Source: Actinomycetota bacterium (GTDB taxonomy: Bacteria > Actinomycetota > UBA4738 > JBBDHU01). From it: 64,000 bases of DNA. Location: the NCBI GenBank assembly GCA_040880465.1, contig JBBDIK010000007.1, positions 40,342 through 104,341 of the forward strand, given 5' to 3'. Made by a program: the position numbers and the translations under genes. Position 1 is the first letter of the stretch. Each line of letters begins with the position of its first letter. Shown here one piece after another: positions 53,082 to 63,202 of this stretch. The notes under the pieces are model-generated. The model saw nothing but the letters and a program-made list of their open reading frames with translations. It made no database searches and had not been told where the DNA came from.

Positions 53082-54407
53082 ATGGCCCTGACCGAAGAAG
53101 CGCAGTACGTCCTGCGCGCCGTCGAGGAACGAGGGATCCGGTTCATCCGTCTCTGGTTCACCGACGTGCTCGGGTTCTTGAAGGCGTTCACGATCCCGTC
53201 CCAAGAACTCGAGGCGGCGTTCGCCGACGGCATGGGGTTCGACGGCTCGTCGATCGAAGGATTCAGCCGTATCCAGGAGTCCGACATGATCGCCGTCCCC
53301 GACCCATCGACGTTCCAGGTAGTCCCGTGGCGAGGTGAAGACACCGTCGCCCGGATGTTCTGCGACGTGATCGATCCCGACGGCGACCCGTTCGACGGCG
53401 ACCCGCGCCACGTCCTGAAACGCCAGCTCAAGCGCGCCGCCGACCTGGGATACACCTTCTACGTCGGCCCTGAACTCGAGTACTTCTATTTCCGCAGCGC
53501 CGAGAAGCCCGAGTTCCTGGATCGGGGCGGCTACTTCGACGAGACGCTCGACGTCGCCCCCGATTTCCGGCGCCGGACGGTCGAGTACCTGGAGGCGATG
53601 GGCATCCCCGTGGAGTACGTGCACCACGAGGTCGCGCCCTCGCAGCACGAGATCGATCTCCGGTATACCGATGCCCTGACGATGGCCGACAACGTGATGA
53701 CCTACCGGCTCACGGTCAAGGAGGTCGCGGCCGAGTTCGATGTGTACGCCACTTTCATGCCGAAGCCCGTCGCGGGAGTGAACGGCAGTGGGATGCATAC
53801 GCACCAATCGCTGTTCACCGGCGACCGGAACGCGTTCTTCGACTCCGACGACGAGTGCCACCTCTCGGAGACCGGGAAGGCTTACATCGCCGGCATCCTT
53901 CGGCACGCGCCCGAGATCACGCTCGTCACCAACCAGTGGGTGAACTCGTACAAGCGTCTGGTCCCTGGATACGAAGCGCCGGTGTACGTCTGCTGGGCGC
54001 GCCGGAACCGAAGCGCCTTGGTCCGCGTGCCGATGTACAAGCCGGGCAAGGAACAGGCGACCCGAATCGAGTACCGCTCCCCCGACCCGGCCTGCAACCC
54101 CTACCTGGCGTTCGCGGCGATGCTGGCCGCCGGCCTCGAGGGCGTCGAGAACAGCTACGAACTCCCGCCGGAGGCGTCGAACAACATCTTCGAGATGAGC
54201 GAAGAGGAGCGGCGGCTCGCCGGGATCGCATCGCTGCCCGAGGACCTGCACGAGGCGATCGGGCTCGCGGACGGATCCAAGGTCCTGCGCGACGCCCTCG
54301 GGGACCACGTCCACGAGTACTTGATCAGGAACAAGCGCGAGGAGTGGGACGGGTACAAGACCTACGTCACCCCGTACGAACTGGAACGCTACCTCCCCAT
54401 CCTGTAG
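53082..54407 (+). CDS. glnA: glutamine synthetase type I paralog (GlnA2-like)
   Basis: The ATG at 53082 is in frame within ORF 50841..54407. Motifs FDGSSIEGF and [18 protein letters not shown]. Confidence 0.9.
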   Translation: MALTEEAQYVLRAVEERGIRFIRLWFTDVLGFLKAFTIPSQELEAAFADGMGFDGSSIEGFSRIQESDMIAVPDPSTFQVVPWRGEDTVARMFCDVIDPDGDPFDGDPRHVLKRQLKRAADLGYTFYVGPELEYFYFRSAEKPEFLDRGGYFDETLDVAPDFRRRTVEYLEAMGIPVEYVHHEVAPSQHEIDLRYTDALTMADNVMTYRLTVKEVAAEFDVYATFMPKPVAGVNGSGMHTHQSLFTGDRNAFFDSDDECHLSETGKAYIAGILRHAPEITLVTNQWVNSYKRLVPGYEAPVYVCWARRNRSALVRVPMYKPGKEQATRIEYRSPDPACNPYLAFAAMLAAGLEGVENSYELPPEASNNIFEMSEEERRLAGIASLPEDLHEAIGLADGSKVLRDALGDHVHEYLIRNKREEWDGYKTYVTPYELERYLPIL

Positions 54408-54437
54408 CCTCGCCCGCACCCGGATCGGGGAGGGATC

Positions 54438-54935
54438 ATGGAGGCGTACAACGGCTGGGTCTTGCTGCACATCATCGGGGTTGCGGGGTTCCTGACGGCG
54501 CACGGCGCCTCGACGATGCTCACGTTCCGTGTCCGGAAGGGATCCGACCCCGCCAAGCTCGGCGCGCTGCTCGAGTTCTCCGGGTCGACCACGGCCGTCA
54601 TGGGCGTATCGCTCCTGCTCTTACTGGTGGGTGGCGTCGTAGCGGCGTTCCTGCATCAACTCTGGGGCCAGTGGTGGCTGTGGAGCTCGCTCGTGCTCCT
54701 GATCCTCATGTCGGCAGTGATGACGCCGCTGGCTGCGGGCTACTTCAACCAGGTTCGAGAGGCGGTCGGCGTCCAGACCTACCAGCAGAAGAAGAAGGGT
54801 ATCGAGCCCTCCGCGCCGGATCCGGAGCGGCTGGCGACGCTCCAGGCGTCGAACCGCCCGATGCTGATCGCCGCCGTCGGTCTCGGCGGCCTGCTGCTCA
54901 TCCTGTTCCTGATGGTGTACAAGCCGGGCTCCTGA
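54438..54935 (+). CDS. four-TM integral membrane protein, unknown function
   Basis: 165-aa hydrophobic ORF. Confidence 0.55.
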   Translation: MEAYNGWVLLHIIGVAGFLTAHGASTMLTFRVRKGSDPAKLGALLEFSGSTTAVMGVSLLLLLVGGVVAAFLHQLWGQWWLWSSLVLLILMSAVMTPLAAGYFNQVREAVGVQTYQQKKKGIEPSAPDPERLATLQASNRPMLIAAVGLGGLLLILFLMVYKPGS

Positions 54936-54961
54936 CGAACCGGGAGCGCTAGGCTGGCTCC

Positions 54962-56635
54962 ATGGTTCGGGTCGCGCTGGCGCAGATCAACCCGACGGTC
55001 GGAGACCTCGACGGCAACGTCGGCCTGATCATCGAATGGGCTGCGAAGGCGACGGCCGAGGGTGCCGACGTCATCTGCTTCCCGGAACTCGCCGTCACCG
55101 GCTATCCACCCGAGGACTTGGTCCTTCGACCCGAGTTCGTCCAGGACAACCTCGACGCGCTGGACCGGCTCGCGTTCGAGACCCGATACGGCAGTCCGAT
55201 CCTCGTCGGCTTCGTCGATCGGAGTTTCGCGGGTGTCCACAACGCGGCCGCCCTGCTGCACGGAGGGGGCACCGTCAAGCGCTATCACAAGATGCGACTC
55301 CCGAACTACGGCGTATTCGACGAACGCCGTACCTTCGCCGCGGGCGAAGCGCCGTGTCCGGTCAGGATCGCGTCGGCCGCGTTCGGCGTGTCGATCTGCG
55401 AGGACGCGTGGCAGGGCGGACCGCCGTTCGATGAGTACGCCCGCCTGGGCGCGCGCGTGATCGTGAACATCAACGGCTCGCCCTACCACCGCGGAAAGAT
55501 CTCCGAACGGATCGAGATCTGCCGAGCCCGCGCCGCCGAAACGGGGGCATGGATCGTGTACGTGAACATGGTCGGCGGCCAAGACGAGCTGGTGTTCGAC
55601 GGCGGCAGCATGGTCGTCGCGCCGGACAGCGAGGTCACGTGGCGCTCTCCGATGTTCGAGGAGGACCTCCTCATCGTGGATCTGGATGTTCCGGCCGCAT
55701 CGGATCACTTCCCCGGATCGGGGACCCCGGCGATGGACAAGCGCGGACTCGCGGATCCGGGCTTCCTCGCCTGGCCAGACGAGCCCGCAGACGTCTACGA
55801 CGCGCTGGTGCTCGGGCTCCGCGACTACGTCCGAAAGAATGGGTTCGCGGAGGTCGTCCTCGGGCTGTCGGGAGGTATCGATTCGGCGCTGGTCGCGACC
55901 CTCGCGGTCGATGCACTCGGTGCCGAGTCGGTCCACGCGCTCGCGATGCCGTCGCGCTACTCGTCACCCGAGAGCCTCGAGGACGCGACGGAGGTCGCAG
56001 CTCGCCTCGGGATCAAGCTCGACACGGTATCGATCGACGACGTGTTCACGTCGTACCTCCAGACGCTCGAGCCGATGTTCGGCGGAACGCCTGAAGGACT
56101 GGCCGAGGAGAACGTCCAGGCGCGCATCCGCGGCAACCTGCTGATGGCCCTTTCGAACAAGTTCGGATCCCTGGTGCTGGCGACGGGGAACAAGAGTGAA
56201 TACGCGGTCGGCTTCAGCACGCTCTACGGCGATATGGCCGGCGGATTCGCACCCATCAAGGATGTGCCGAAGGCGCTCGTGTACGAGCTGTGCGCGTGGC
56301 GCAACGAGAACGGCGTCGGTGGGTCGGCGATCCCCGAACGCGTCATGACCAAGGCCCCGTCGGCGGAGCTGCGCCCGGACCAGAAGGACACGGATTCGCT
56401 GCCGCCCTACTCGGAGCTCGACCCGGTCATCGAAGCGTATGTGGAGCACGACCGGTCGCCCGACGAGATCATCATGGACGGGTTCGACCCGGCGCTGGTC
56501 GCGTACGTCGTGCAGATGATCGATCGCGCCGAGTACAAGCGGCGGCAGGCGCCTCCCGGCGTGAAGATCACGCCGAAGGCGTTCGGCCGTGACCGGCGCC
56601 TGCCGATCACCAACCGCTACGGGCAGAACCGCTGA
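54962..56635 (+). CDS. nadE: glutamine-dependent NAD+ synthetase (nitrilase-type glutaminase domain fused to the synthetase domain)
   Basis: N-terminal CN-hydrolase motifs (FPELAVTGY, CED) and C-terminal SGGIDS PP-loop. Confidence 0.95.
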   Translation: MVRVALAQINPTVGDLDGNVGLIIEWAAKATAEGADVICFPELAVTGYPPEDLVLRPEFVQDNLDALDRLAFETRYGSPILVGFVDRSFAGVHNAAALLHGGGTVKRYHKMRLPNYGVFDERRTFAAGEAPCPVRIASAAFGVSICEDAWQGGPPFDEYARLGARVIVNINGSPYHRGKISERIEICRARAAETGAWIVYVNMVGGQDELVFDGGSMVVAPDSEVTWRSPMFEEDLLIVDLDVPAASDHFPGSGTPAMDKRGLADPGFLAWPDEPADVYDALVLGLRDYVRKNGFAEVVLGLSGGIDSALVATLAVDALGAESVHALAMPSRYSSPESLEDATEVAARLGIKLDTVSIDDVFTSYLQTLEPMFGGTPEGLAEENVQARIRGNLLMALSNKFGSLVLATGNKSEYAVGFSTLYGDMAGGFAPIKDVPKALVYELCAWRNENGVGGSAIPERVMTKAPSAELRPDQKDTDSLPPYSELDPVIEAYVEHDRSPDEIIMDGFDPALVAYVVQMIDRAEYKRRQAPPGVKITPKAFGRDRRLPITNRYGQNR

Positions 56636-57385
56636 TCAGTCATCGAGTTCGTAGACCACGGTCACGGTGACGCGGGTTTCGACGTCCCCGGGTGAGATCT
56701 TGAATTCCTCATAGGAATCCGAGCTGGCCCCGGCGAGCAGCATGCCCTGGTTCGCCAGCTGCTGGCGATACGGCTGGAACTCGGCGTTGGTCTCGTCGAT
56801 CAGTATGACCTCACCCACCTCGGCGTCGGCGGCGGTCGCCATGGCCTCCGCCTTCCCGCGCGCACCTTCGATCGCCTCGGTCAACGCCTCCTCTCTAGCG
56901 CCGGTCTGGTTCCCCAGCCGGAACTCGATGCCACCGACCACGTTTGCGCCGGCGCCGACCGCCCGGGCAGCGATCTCGCCGGCGTCGTTCAACTCCCGGA
57001 TCGTCACGTCGAACTCGGTCTCAGCGGTGAAGTAGGTCCGCTCCTTCGGGGTGTTGCGATCCGCCACGCGCTTGTTGAGCCGCAGGTCGGTGGTGGCGAT
57101 GTCGTCGTCGGAGACCCCCGCCGCCTTCAGTTCGGCGAACACGGCGTCGGTACGTTCGGCCTTCGCCGCGAACGCCTCCTCGGCGGTTTCGCCGTCGCTA
57201 CGAACTCCGAGGTTCAGGATCGCTTGATCAGGTGCGGAGCTGACGGTCGCGGTGCCAGAGACCGTGATCGTCTCGGGGATCTGCCCCGGTCCAGCGCCAT
57301 CTCCATCACCGCCGAGCACCTTCGCGAGCGCGACACCCGCGATCAGACCCACGACCAGCACGACGACACCAGCAGACTTGCCCAT
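56636..57385 (-). CDS. SIMPL-domain (DUF541) secreted/periplasmic protein
   Basis: Internal ATG at 57385 and an N-terminal anchor. The pattern (ITVSGTATVS.APD, RLNKRVADR...) is typical of SIMPL. Confidence 0.7.
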   Translation of the reverse strand: MGKSAGVVVLVVGLIAGVALAKVLGGDGDGAGPGQIPETITVSGTATVSSAPDQAILNLGVRSDGETAEEAFAAKAERTDAVFAELKAAGVSDDDIATTDLRLNKRVADRNTPKERTYFTAETEFDVTIRELNDAGEIAARAVGAGANVVGGIEFRLGNQTGAREEALTEAIEGARGKAEAMATAADAEVGEVILIDETNAEFQPYRQQLANQGMLLAGASSDSYEEFKISPGDVETRVTVTVVYELDD

Positions 57386-57457
57386 GACACGACCCCTTCC
57401 GGAAGGACTATCCATTGGACGGCCCCTGCGCCTCCAGGGTTCCATAGAATCCAGGCG

Positions 57458-57532
57458 GGGCCGGTAGCTCAGCCTGGTCAGAGCAGGGGGCTTTTAACCC
57501 TCGTGTCGTGGGTTCGAATCCCGCCCGGCCCA
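57458..57532 (+). tRNA. tRNA-Lys (anticodon UUU)
   Basis: Manual cloverleaf: acceptor GGGCCGG/CCGGCCC, D stem GCTC/GAGC, anticodon loop CTTTTAA, T arm GTGGG-TTCGAAT-CCCGC, discriminator A. Confidence 0.9.
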
Positions 57533-57557
57533 CCCCTGGCATGGAAGGAAGGCTGGA

Positions 57558-60500
57558 TTGGGAGGCGACCACAGGCATATCGTCGCCATCGCGATCGCAT
57601 GTGTCGTCGTCACGATCGGCGCAACCCTGGCTGCCTGCACGCCCCACGGGCCACCCGAGGAGTCTGTCCGGACGGATTCTTTCAGCGAGCCGGTCCGGCT
57701 GTCGAGCGACGACGGCGTCCTCGAGGTCACGCTGACGGCCCACCAGGACACGATCGCGCTGGACACCGTCGACCGGCCCGTGACGAACGCCCTGGTGTTC
57801 GCCTACGAGCTGCAGCAGGGCAGCGCCTCCAACGGCGAGCGGTCGGCGGCCTCCAACTACCCGGCTCCGACCCTTCACGTCGCACCCGGCGAGACCCTCA
57901 TCGTCCACTTGGCGAACGACCTCAAGGGCCTGTCGATCCGTGACTTCTACGACCCCGCCTTCACTCCGAAAGGAACGCAGGTTCCCCTGTACCCACAGCA
58001 ACTGACGGAGGCGCCCTTCAACCTGCACACGCACGGCCTGCACGTGAGCCCGTCCGGCAACTCTGACAACGTCCTGCTGGACATCCCCCCGGGCTACACC
58101 AACACCTACACCTACCGGATCCCCGGCGACATGCCGCAGGGCCTCTATTGGTACCACGGACACCGGCACACGCTGACGGCGCAGGAGACGTACCTCGGTC
58201 TGGCCGGACTCCTGGAGATCGGCGAACCGAGCGGGGACATCCCCCTCGTGAAGCAGCACGACCTGCCGGTCCGGACGATGGCCTTGCAGTACAACTACGT
58301 CTTCGATCGCGCCGGCGGATCGGCGCAGCTGAACGACGCGAACTGGCCCCAGTACGTCAGCACCCGGACGCAGCCGCAGGACGGGCAGCTCGCGGACGGC
58401 ACCTACGAGCCGCTCCTGACACCGGTGAACTTCGGCGAGACGGCCCGGGGAACGCAGTCCATCACCAACTGGTACGCGGGAAAACTGTCGGTTCACAACG
58501 ACCGCGGACGGTTCCAGTTCCTGCCGAGCAACGAACTGGCATTCACTCCGGAACCCGGGGCGACGGGGGTGGCTGCGGTTCCGGTCGAGGCGGAGCCGGA
58601 ACTCCCCGCGGACCGGCGCGACGTCCAGTTCACCGTCAACGGCGACTTCCAACCCCGGATCGCCGCGGCCCCGGGCCAGACCGAGATCTGGGTCCTGGCC
58701 AACGTCAGCGACTTCGCCTACATCAACGTCACGCTCACCGAAACCGCCACCGGCGAACACCCGCCCATCGCCGTTGTCGGTCAGGACGGGAACCCCTACC
58801 CGGCCGTCCACGTCCCGGACACCCCGGGCGGGGCGCAACTGCTGATCCCGCCAGGTTCCCGCTACGCGATCGCGGTGACGATGCCAGACCACGGCGATCT
58901 CGTCCTGGAGATGCCCCCGATGCGGAAAGGCATGGGTGCGCACGGTCCCGGGATCTCCTACGTGAACGACGGCACCGGTCACCCGCCGGCCGCCGTCGGG
59001 ACGATCGACGTGCCGCGGGAGGCCATCAGCTACGTCGACGGCTTCTTCCTGTTCCCGACCCAGGAGCTGGTCCGGATGACCCCGGCACCGGGCCGGGAAA
59101 CACCCGTCGCGTTCGCGGAAGGCCAGGTGCTGGACGCCTACACCTCCTTCTACGACACGCGCGGCATCGAGCCCGACGTGCGGCGACGCCTGGTGATCTC
59201 CGGAGGCTTCGACGACGAGTACGCGAGCATCCAGGACCCGAAGGCCTTCACGTACCAGTTCGACGGCAACATCTTCCCGTACATGCCGCTGCTGCAGCCT
59301 CGCGTGGGGTCCGTCGAGCAGTGGACGATCGTGAACCGGAACAACGATCAGCACCCGATCCACATCCACGTGAACGACTTCCAGGTGACGGACCTCGTCG
59401 ACCCGGTCGCAGGCACGCACGTCCGCTTCCAGCCGTGGGGGCAGGACAACGCGAATACACCCGCGCCCCGCATGGACGCGGCGGGCAACATACTCGCCCC
59501 CGGGATCCTGTCCGTGCGGACCCACTTCGATCGCTATACCGGCACATACGTGATGCACTGCCATCGGCTGAACCACGAGGACAACGGCCTGATGGCCATC
59601 GTGAACGTGATCCCAGCACGCTCCACCTACGCGGTAGCAACGAGCGGAACGGGAACCGATCCGGGGCCCGTCATCGAGGTCCGCGACCAGGCCGGACCCG
59701 TCGCCGAGGTCACGCCCTTCCAAGGAGCGACGGGAGCACCGAGCCTGGCGATGGGCGACGTCGACGGGGACAACGTGCTGGACCTGCTGGCGGGTTCTCC
59801 CGATGACGCACAGGTGGTCGCCTACGCCGGCGCCGGCGAACGGCCGTTCACCCGGGAGCTGGCGCGATTCGATGCGTTCGACGACGCGCAGACGGGAGGC
59901 ATCAGCGTGGCGGCCGCGGACATCGACGGCAACTCGCTGGCCGACAACATCATCGTCGGGAACGGCCCGGGCACGCCTTCGCAGGTGCGCGTGTTCGCGT
60001 CGACTCTGCCCGAGCCCGGCGGCGCGCCCGCGCTCTTCTCGAGCTTCTCCCCGAATGGATCGGACGCGCACGGTACCGACGTGACCGCCGGCCTGGTGGA
60101 TCTGGCAACGGGCCGGAACGGCATCGTCACCGTGCCGGGGCCGGGGACGGCCGGCGTGGTCAAGGTGTTCACCTTCAGTCTGTTCACCGAGAACGGGGCC
60201 CCGACGGCTGGTCCCCAGGCGCCACCGGAGCAGACCGCCGCGGCGTTCGAGCCCTTCCCCGGCTACACCGGCGGACTGTCGCTGGCGACCGGTTGGGTGG
60301 CCGGAGAGCTGGGCGGCGCCGAGCGCATCGTCGTCGGCCAGGCCGCAGCACCCGGTCGTGTGAGGGTGTTCTCCAGCGGCTCGGCGATGGACGGACATCC
60401 GACGATGTACCTGGACAGCCCCGATGCCATGGAACCAGCGACGTTCCAGGAGATGGCGTCACTGGCCCCCGGCGGGGCCGGGCGGACGAGCGGTGTGCAA

Positions 60501-60632
60501 GTAGCGACGGCCAGCACGACCACGGGGGCGGACCTCCTGGTGACGACACCAGGTCCCGAAGACGACACGGTTCGCTACACGCTGCAGCGAACCGCCGACG
60601 GCTCGCGCCTTCGGTGGGAGAGCACGATCTGA
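57558..60632 (+). CDS. lipoprotein fusing a multicopper oxidase to C-terminal FG-GAP/VCBS-like repeats
   Basis: TTG start after GGAAGGAAGG and an LAAC lipobox. All four MCO copper motifs are present: HTHGLH, WYHGHRH, HPIHIH and HCHRLNHEDNGLM. C-terminal repeats include GDVDGDNVLDLLAG and ADIDGNSLADNIIVG. Confidence 0.85.
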   Translation: MGGDHRHIVAIAIACVVVTIGATLAACTPHGPPEESVRTDSFSEPVRLSSDDGVLEVTLTAHQDTIALDTVDRPVTNALVFAYELQQGSASNGERSAASNYPAPTLHVAPGETLIVHLANDLKGLSIRDFYDPAFTPKGTQVPLYPQQLTEAPFNLHTHGLHVSPSGNSDNVLLDIPPGYTNTYTYRIPGDMPQGLYWYHGHRHTLTAQETYLGLAGLLEIGEPSGDIPLVKQHDLPVRTMALQYNYVFDRAGGSAQLNDANWPQYVSTRTQPQDGQLADGTYEPLLTPVNFGETARGTQSITNWYAGKLSVHNDRGRFQFLPSNELAFTPEPGATGVAAVPVEAEPELPADRRDVQFTVNGDFQPRIAAAPGQTEIWVLANVSDFAYINVTLTETATGEHPPIAVVGQDGNPYPAVHVPDTPGGAQLLIPPGSRYAIAVTMPDHGDLVLEMPPMRKGMGAHGPGISYVNDGTGHPPAAVGTIDVPREAISYVDGFFLFPTQELVRMTPAPGRETPVAFAEGQVLDAYTSFYDTRGIEPDVRRRLVISGGFDDEYASIQDPKAFTYQFDGNIFPYMPLLQPRVGSVEQWTIVNRNNDQHPIHIHVNDFQVTDLVDPVAGTHVRFQPWGQDNANTPAPRMDAAGNILAPGILSVRTHFDRYTGTYVMHCHRLNHEDNGLMAIVNVIPARSTYAVATSGTGTDPGPVIEVRDQAGPVAEVTPFQGATGAPSLAMGDVDGDNVLDLLAGSPDDAQVVAYAGAGERPFTRELARFDAFDDAQTGGISVAAADIDGNSLADNIIVGNGPGTPSQVRVFASTLPEPGGAPALFSSFSPNGSDAHGTDVTAGLVDLATGRNGIVTVPGPGTAGVVKVFTFSLFTENGAPTAGPQAPPEQTAAAFEPFPGYTGGLSLATGWVAGELGGAERIVVGQAAAPGRVRVFSSGSAMDGHPTMYLDSPDAMEPATFQEMASLAPGGAGRTSGVQVATASTTTGADLLVTTPGPEDDTVRYTLQRTADGSRLRWESTI

Positions 60633-60672
60633 CGACGCCGTCGGGGATGATCCCCCACTGTCGGCCGGTCCG

Positions 60673-62019
60673 CTACGGGATCGTGACCACACCGACTCCG
60701 CCGTCGGCGGCGACGGACGTACCGAACGGCTCGGACATCGCCGCGAGACGCTTCAGGATGTCGGCGCCGCGTTCGGGTTCGGCGATGCGCGGGATCCCGC
60801 TCTCGGTCAGGCGCTTGCCCCGACCCAGGTCGACCGGGTGCAACCGCAGGCTCGCCGCGCGTCCTCCCTCGAACGCCACCTGGGCGATGATCGACTCGAA
60901 GTAGCGGTCGTCGTCGAACCCCTGGGCGTTCAGGAGCGCGCTCACGTCGGCATCGGTGGCCCGTGACGGGTCGACGCCCGCCTTCTCCAACAGATCCCGT
61001 CCTTCCTCGTAGAGGCTGCGCGTGACGGGCTCCTGGATGTCACTGAAGATGAAGTTGCCGAGCCCGTAGAAGATCGGCCGGCCTTCGTAGATCTCGATCG
61101 GCCACATCCGGTGGATCCCGTGTCCGACGAACACGTCGGCCCCGGCGTCGATCGCCGCGTGGGCGACGTCGATGAGGAACGGCGGCGGCCTGTCAGGGCC
61201 AGGGCCTTCTTCATGGACGTGTGCGGAGACAACTACCAGGTCGGAATGTTGTTTTCCGAGCCGGATGCTCCGGAGGTTCGCCGCGAGGTCTCCGGCGTCG
61301 ACCTCGTAGCGGAGCGAAAGCTCGTCCCCGGGCTCGAACCTCGCTTCGAACAGGCTCAGGTGGTCGGCGCCCGGGCGCGTCGCGAGGTCCTGACCCATCG
61401 CGGCCGGATCCATCAACCGTCCGAGCTCGCGGAGTCCGGTCATCTGGTCCGGAGGCACGGTGAAGGTCTGCCGCACTCGCAGCGCGTTGATGCCCGGGCG
61501 GCCGGGAACCTCGCCGAACTGATCGAGCGCCGCCGCCGGATCGAACCGTCCGGTCGGTGCGAGGGACACCAGTCCGACGCGCCCTCCCGCCGTCTCGACG
61601 TATCGTGCGGCTCGCGCCGACGCCAGCACCTCTCCGGCTCCCGCGTGCACGAGTCCGGCGTCGTCCAGATGACGCGCCGTCTCGCGCAACCCCTCGATCC
61701 CCCAGTCCAGGCCGTGGTTGTTGGCGCGCGACACGATGTCGAATCCGAGGGCGATCAGGTCCTCGATCACCGTGGGCGGCGCGGCCATGTCCCAGTCACC
61801 CCACGTCCGTGGGCTTCCCCGGAATCCGCGGATGTCGATGACCGACGTTTCGAGGTTCCCGAAAGTCGTCGTCGCGTCGCGCAGGATGTCGATCGCGTTC
61901 GCGAACCCCGCGTCACGCTGGAGCGTCGGCACGAGCGGTCGCGACGTGATGCAATCACCGACCGCGGCCAGCGTGAACCCGTCCGTCACCCCGATCCCAG
62001 GCAGATCTTCGGAGCTCAT
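60673..62019 (-). CDS. CapA-family metallophosphoesterase-like protein (poly-gamma-glutamate synthesis protein family)
   Basis: Internal ATG at 62019. Motifs AAVGDC, GNLE, ANNH and HVH. Confidence 0.75.
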   Translation of the reverse strand: MSSEDLPGIGVTDGFTLAAVGDCITSRPLVPTLQRDAGFANAIDILRDATTTFGNLETSVIDIRGFRGSPRTWGDWDMAAPPTVIEDLIALGFDIVSRANNHGLDWGIEGLRETARHLDDAGLVHAGAGEVLASARAARYVETAGGRVGLVSLAPTGRFDPAAALDQFGEVPGRPGINALRVRQTFTVPPDQMTGLRELGRLMDPAAMGQDLATRPGADHLSLFEARFEPGDELSLRYEVDAGDLAANLRSIRLGKQHSDLVVVSAHVHEEGPGPDRPPPFLIDVAHAAIDAGADVFVGHGIHRMWPIEIYEGRPIFYGLGNFIFSDIQEPVTRSLYEEGRDLLEKAGVDPSRATDADVSALLNAQGFDDDRYFESIIAQVAFEGGRAASLRLHPVDLGRGKRLTESGIPRIAEPERGADILKRLAAMSEPFGTSVAADGGVGVVTIP

Positions 62020-62080
62020 AGCGCCAATCCTACCGACCGGGCGTTCCCTGCGTGTCGGACCCCGTGAGTAGGATCGGGGG

Positions 62081-62383
62081 GTGACTTCGATCAGCGTTGC
62101 GAGGACGCGGGCGGAGCGGATGCGAGGACTCAGAAGTCGAGCCGGCCTTGAACCAGGAGAAGCCTTGCTCATCCCCAACTGCCGAGCGGTCCACACGTTC
62201 GGGATGCGCTTCCCGATCGCGGTGGCCTACCTCGACCGCGACTTGCGCATCCTGGAGGTCGTCCGCATGCCACCGAACCGGCTGGGCCGGCCGCGATTTC
62301 GCGCTCGCCACGTGCTGGAAGTCGCGGAGGACTCGCCCCTCGCCCTGGGTGACCGGGTCGGCCCGGACGCCCGGCGGTCATGA
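62081..62383 (+). CDS. DUF192-family small protein
   Basis: RMRGL...GEALLIPNCRAVHTFGMRFPI is typical of DUF192. Confidence 0.7.
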   Translation: MTSISVARTRAERMRGLRSRAGLEPGEALLIPNCRAVHTFGMRFPIAVAYLDRDLRILEVVRMPPNRLGRPRFRARHVLEVAEDSPLALGDRVGPDARRS

Positions 62384-62454
62384 GCCGGCCAGCGTCTGGA
62401 CCCGGCCGGGCGCTCGCTATACTTGTGCGCGGCTGCCCCTTGTGGTGCGAACCC

Positions 62455-62527
62455 GCCCCCATCGTCTAGCGGCCTAGGATGTCGCCCTTTCAAGGCGGAG
62501 ACACGGGTTCGAATCCCGTTGGGGGCA
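62455..62527 (+). tRNA. tRNA-Glu (anticodon UUC)
   Basis: Acceptor GCCCCCA/TGGGGGC, anticodon loop CTTTCAA, T loop TTCGAAT. Confidence 0.9.
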
Positions 62528-62538
62528 CGGAAAGCTAT

Positions 62539-62617
62539 GGTCCCGTGGTGTAGTCAGGTTTAACACGCCGCCCTGTCAAGGCGGAGATCGCCGGTTCGAA
62601 TCCGGTCGGGACCGCCA
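62539..62617 (+). tRNA. tRNA-Asp (anticodon GUC), CCA encoded
   Basis: Acceptor GGTCCCG/CGGGACC, anticodon loop CTGTCAA, T arm GCCGG-TTCGAAT-CCGGT, discriminator G followed by CCA. Confidence 0.9.
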
Positions 62618-62647
62618 CCATGTGTCCACTCGGCGCTGAGGCCCTGG

Positions 62648-63046
62648 CTACGACTCGGCGGCGTACGGGTCGTAGTACACAGCAAGCGCGTAGATGACGA
62701 CCACATCCAAGGCGATGATGACGAGGGACCAGAGCGGGTGGGCATCCACGTTGCCGAGGTGCGCGAGCAGGTTGAGTCCCGCCAGCCCGATGCCGACCGC
62801 GCGCGCCCACGTCTGCACCGCCATCACACCGATCCCCGCGAGGGCGATCAGCACGCCGAGGACCAATTGGACGAACCCCCACGTGGAGACGTCGGCGATC
62901 AGCGCCCCGCTGGCGCCGGCGGTAGCGGCCTCGGGGTCGATCAGCGCGATAAGTCCGGCGAACGCGTTCGCCGCCCCGACGAGAACCATGATGACCCCGG
63001 CGAACAGCACCCATCCGCCCATCCGCATGTTCGCCTGCCTGGACAT
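62648..63046 (-). CDS. four-TM small membrane protein, unknown function
   Basis: Internal ATG at 63046 (MSRQANMRMGGWVLFAG...), with hydrophobic helices throughout. Confidence 0.5.
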   Translation of the reverse strand: MSRQANMRMGGWVLFAGVIMVLVGAANAFAGLIALIDPEAATAGASGALIADVSTWGFVQLVLGVLIALAGIGVMAVQTWARAVGIGLAGLNLLAHLGNVDAHPLWSLVIIALDVVVIYALAVYYDPYAAES

Positions 63047-63202
63047 CGTTACCCCCCCATGACCAAGGGACCCGCGATCCCACTGCATCGCCCACCCGGG
63101 TCCTCGACAGGATGAAGGCTACCCGCACGGAAGGGACGGGGCCAGTTGACTGCCCCCTCAGCCCCTTGACCGCGACGGCAGGGTTTCCTACTCTCCCTGC
63201 TG

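Noticed and set aside
53058-54503. 481-aa minus-strand ORF opposite glnA2
   Set aside because: Shadow ORF of the glutamine synthetase paralog, with Arg/Asp/Val-rich low complexity.
57408-60398. 996-aa minus-strand ORF opposite the multicopper oxidase gene and running through tRNA-Lys
   Set aside because: It is the shadow frame of the MCO gene, overlaps a tRNA and has an Arg/Gly/Val-rich composition without motifs.
57458-62617. tRNA-bounded genomic island (tRNA-Lys ... tRNA-Glu/Asp)
   Set aside because: I found no integrase, no direct repeat of a tRNA 3' end and no mobility genes. Composition looks like the rest of the window.
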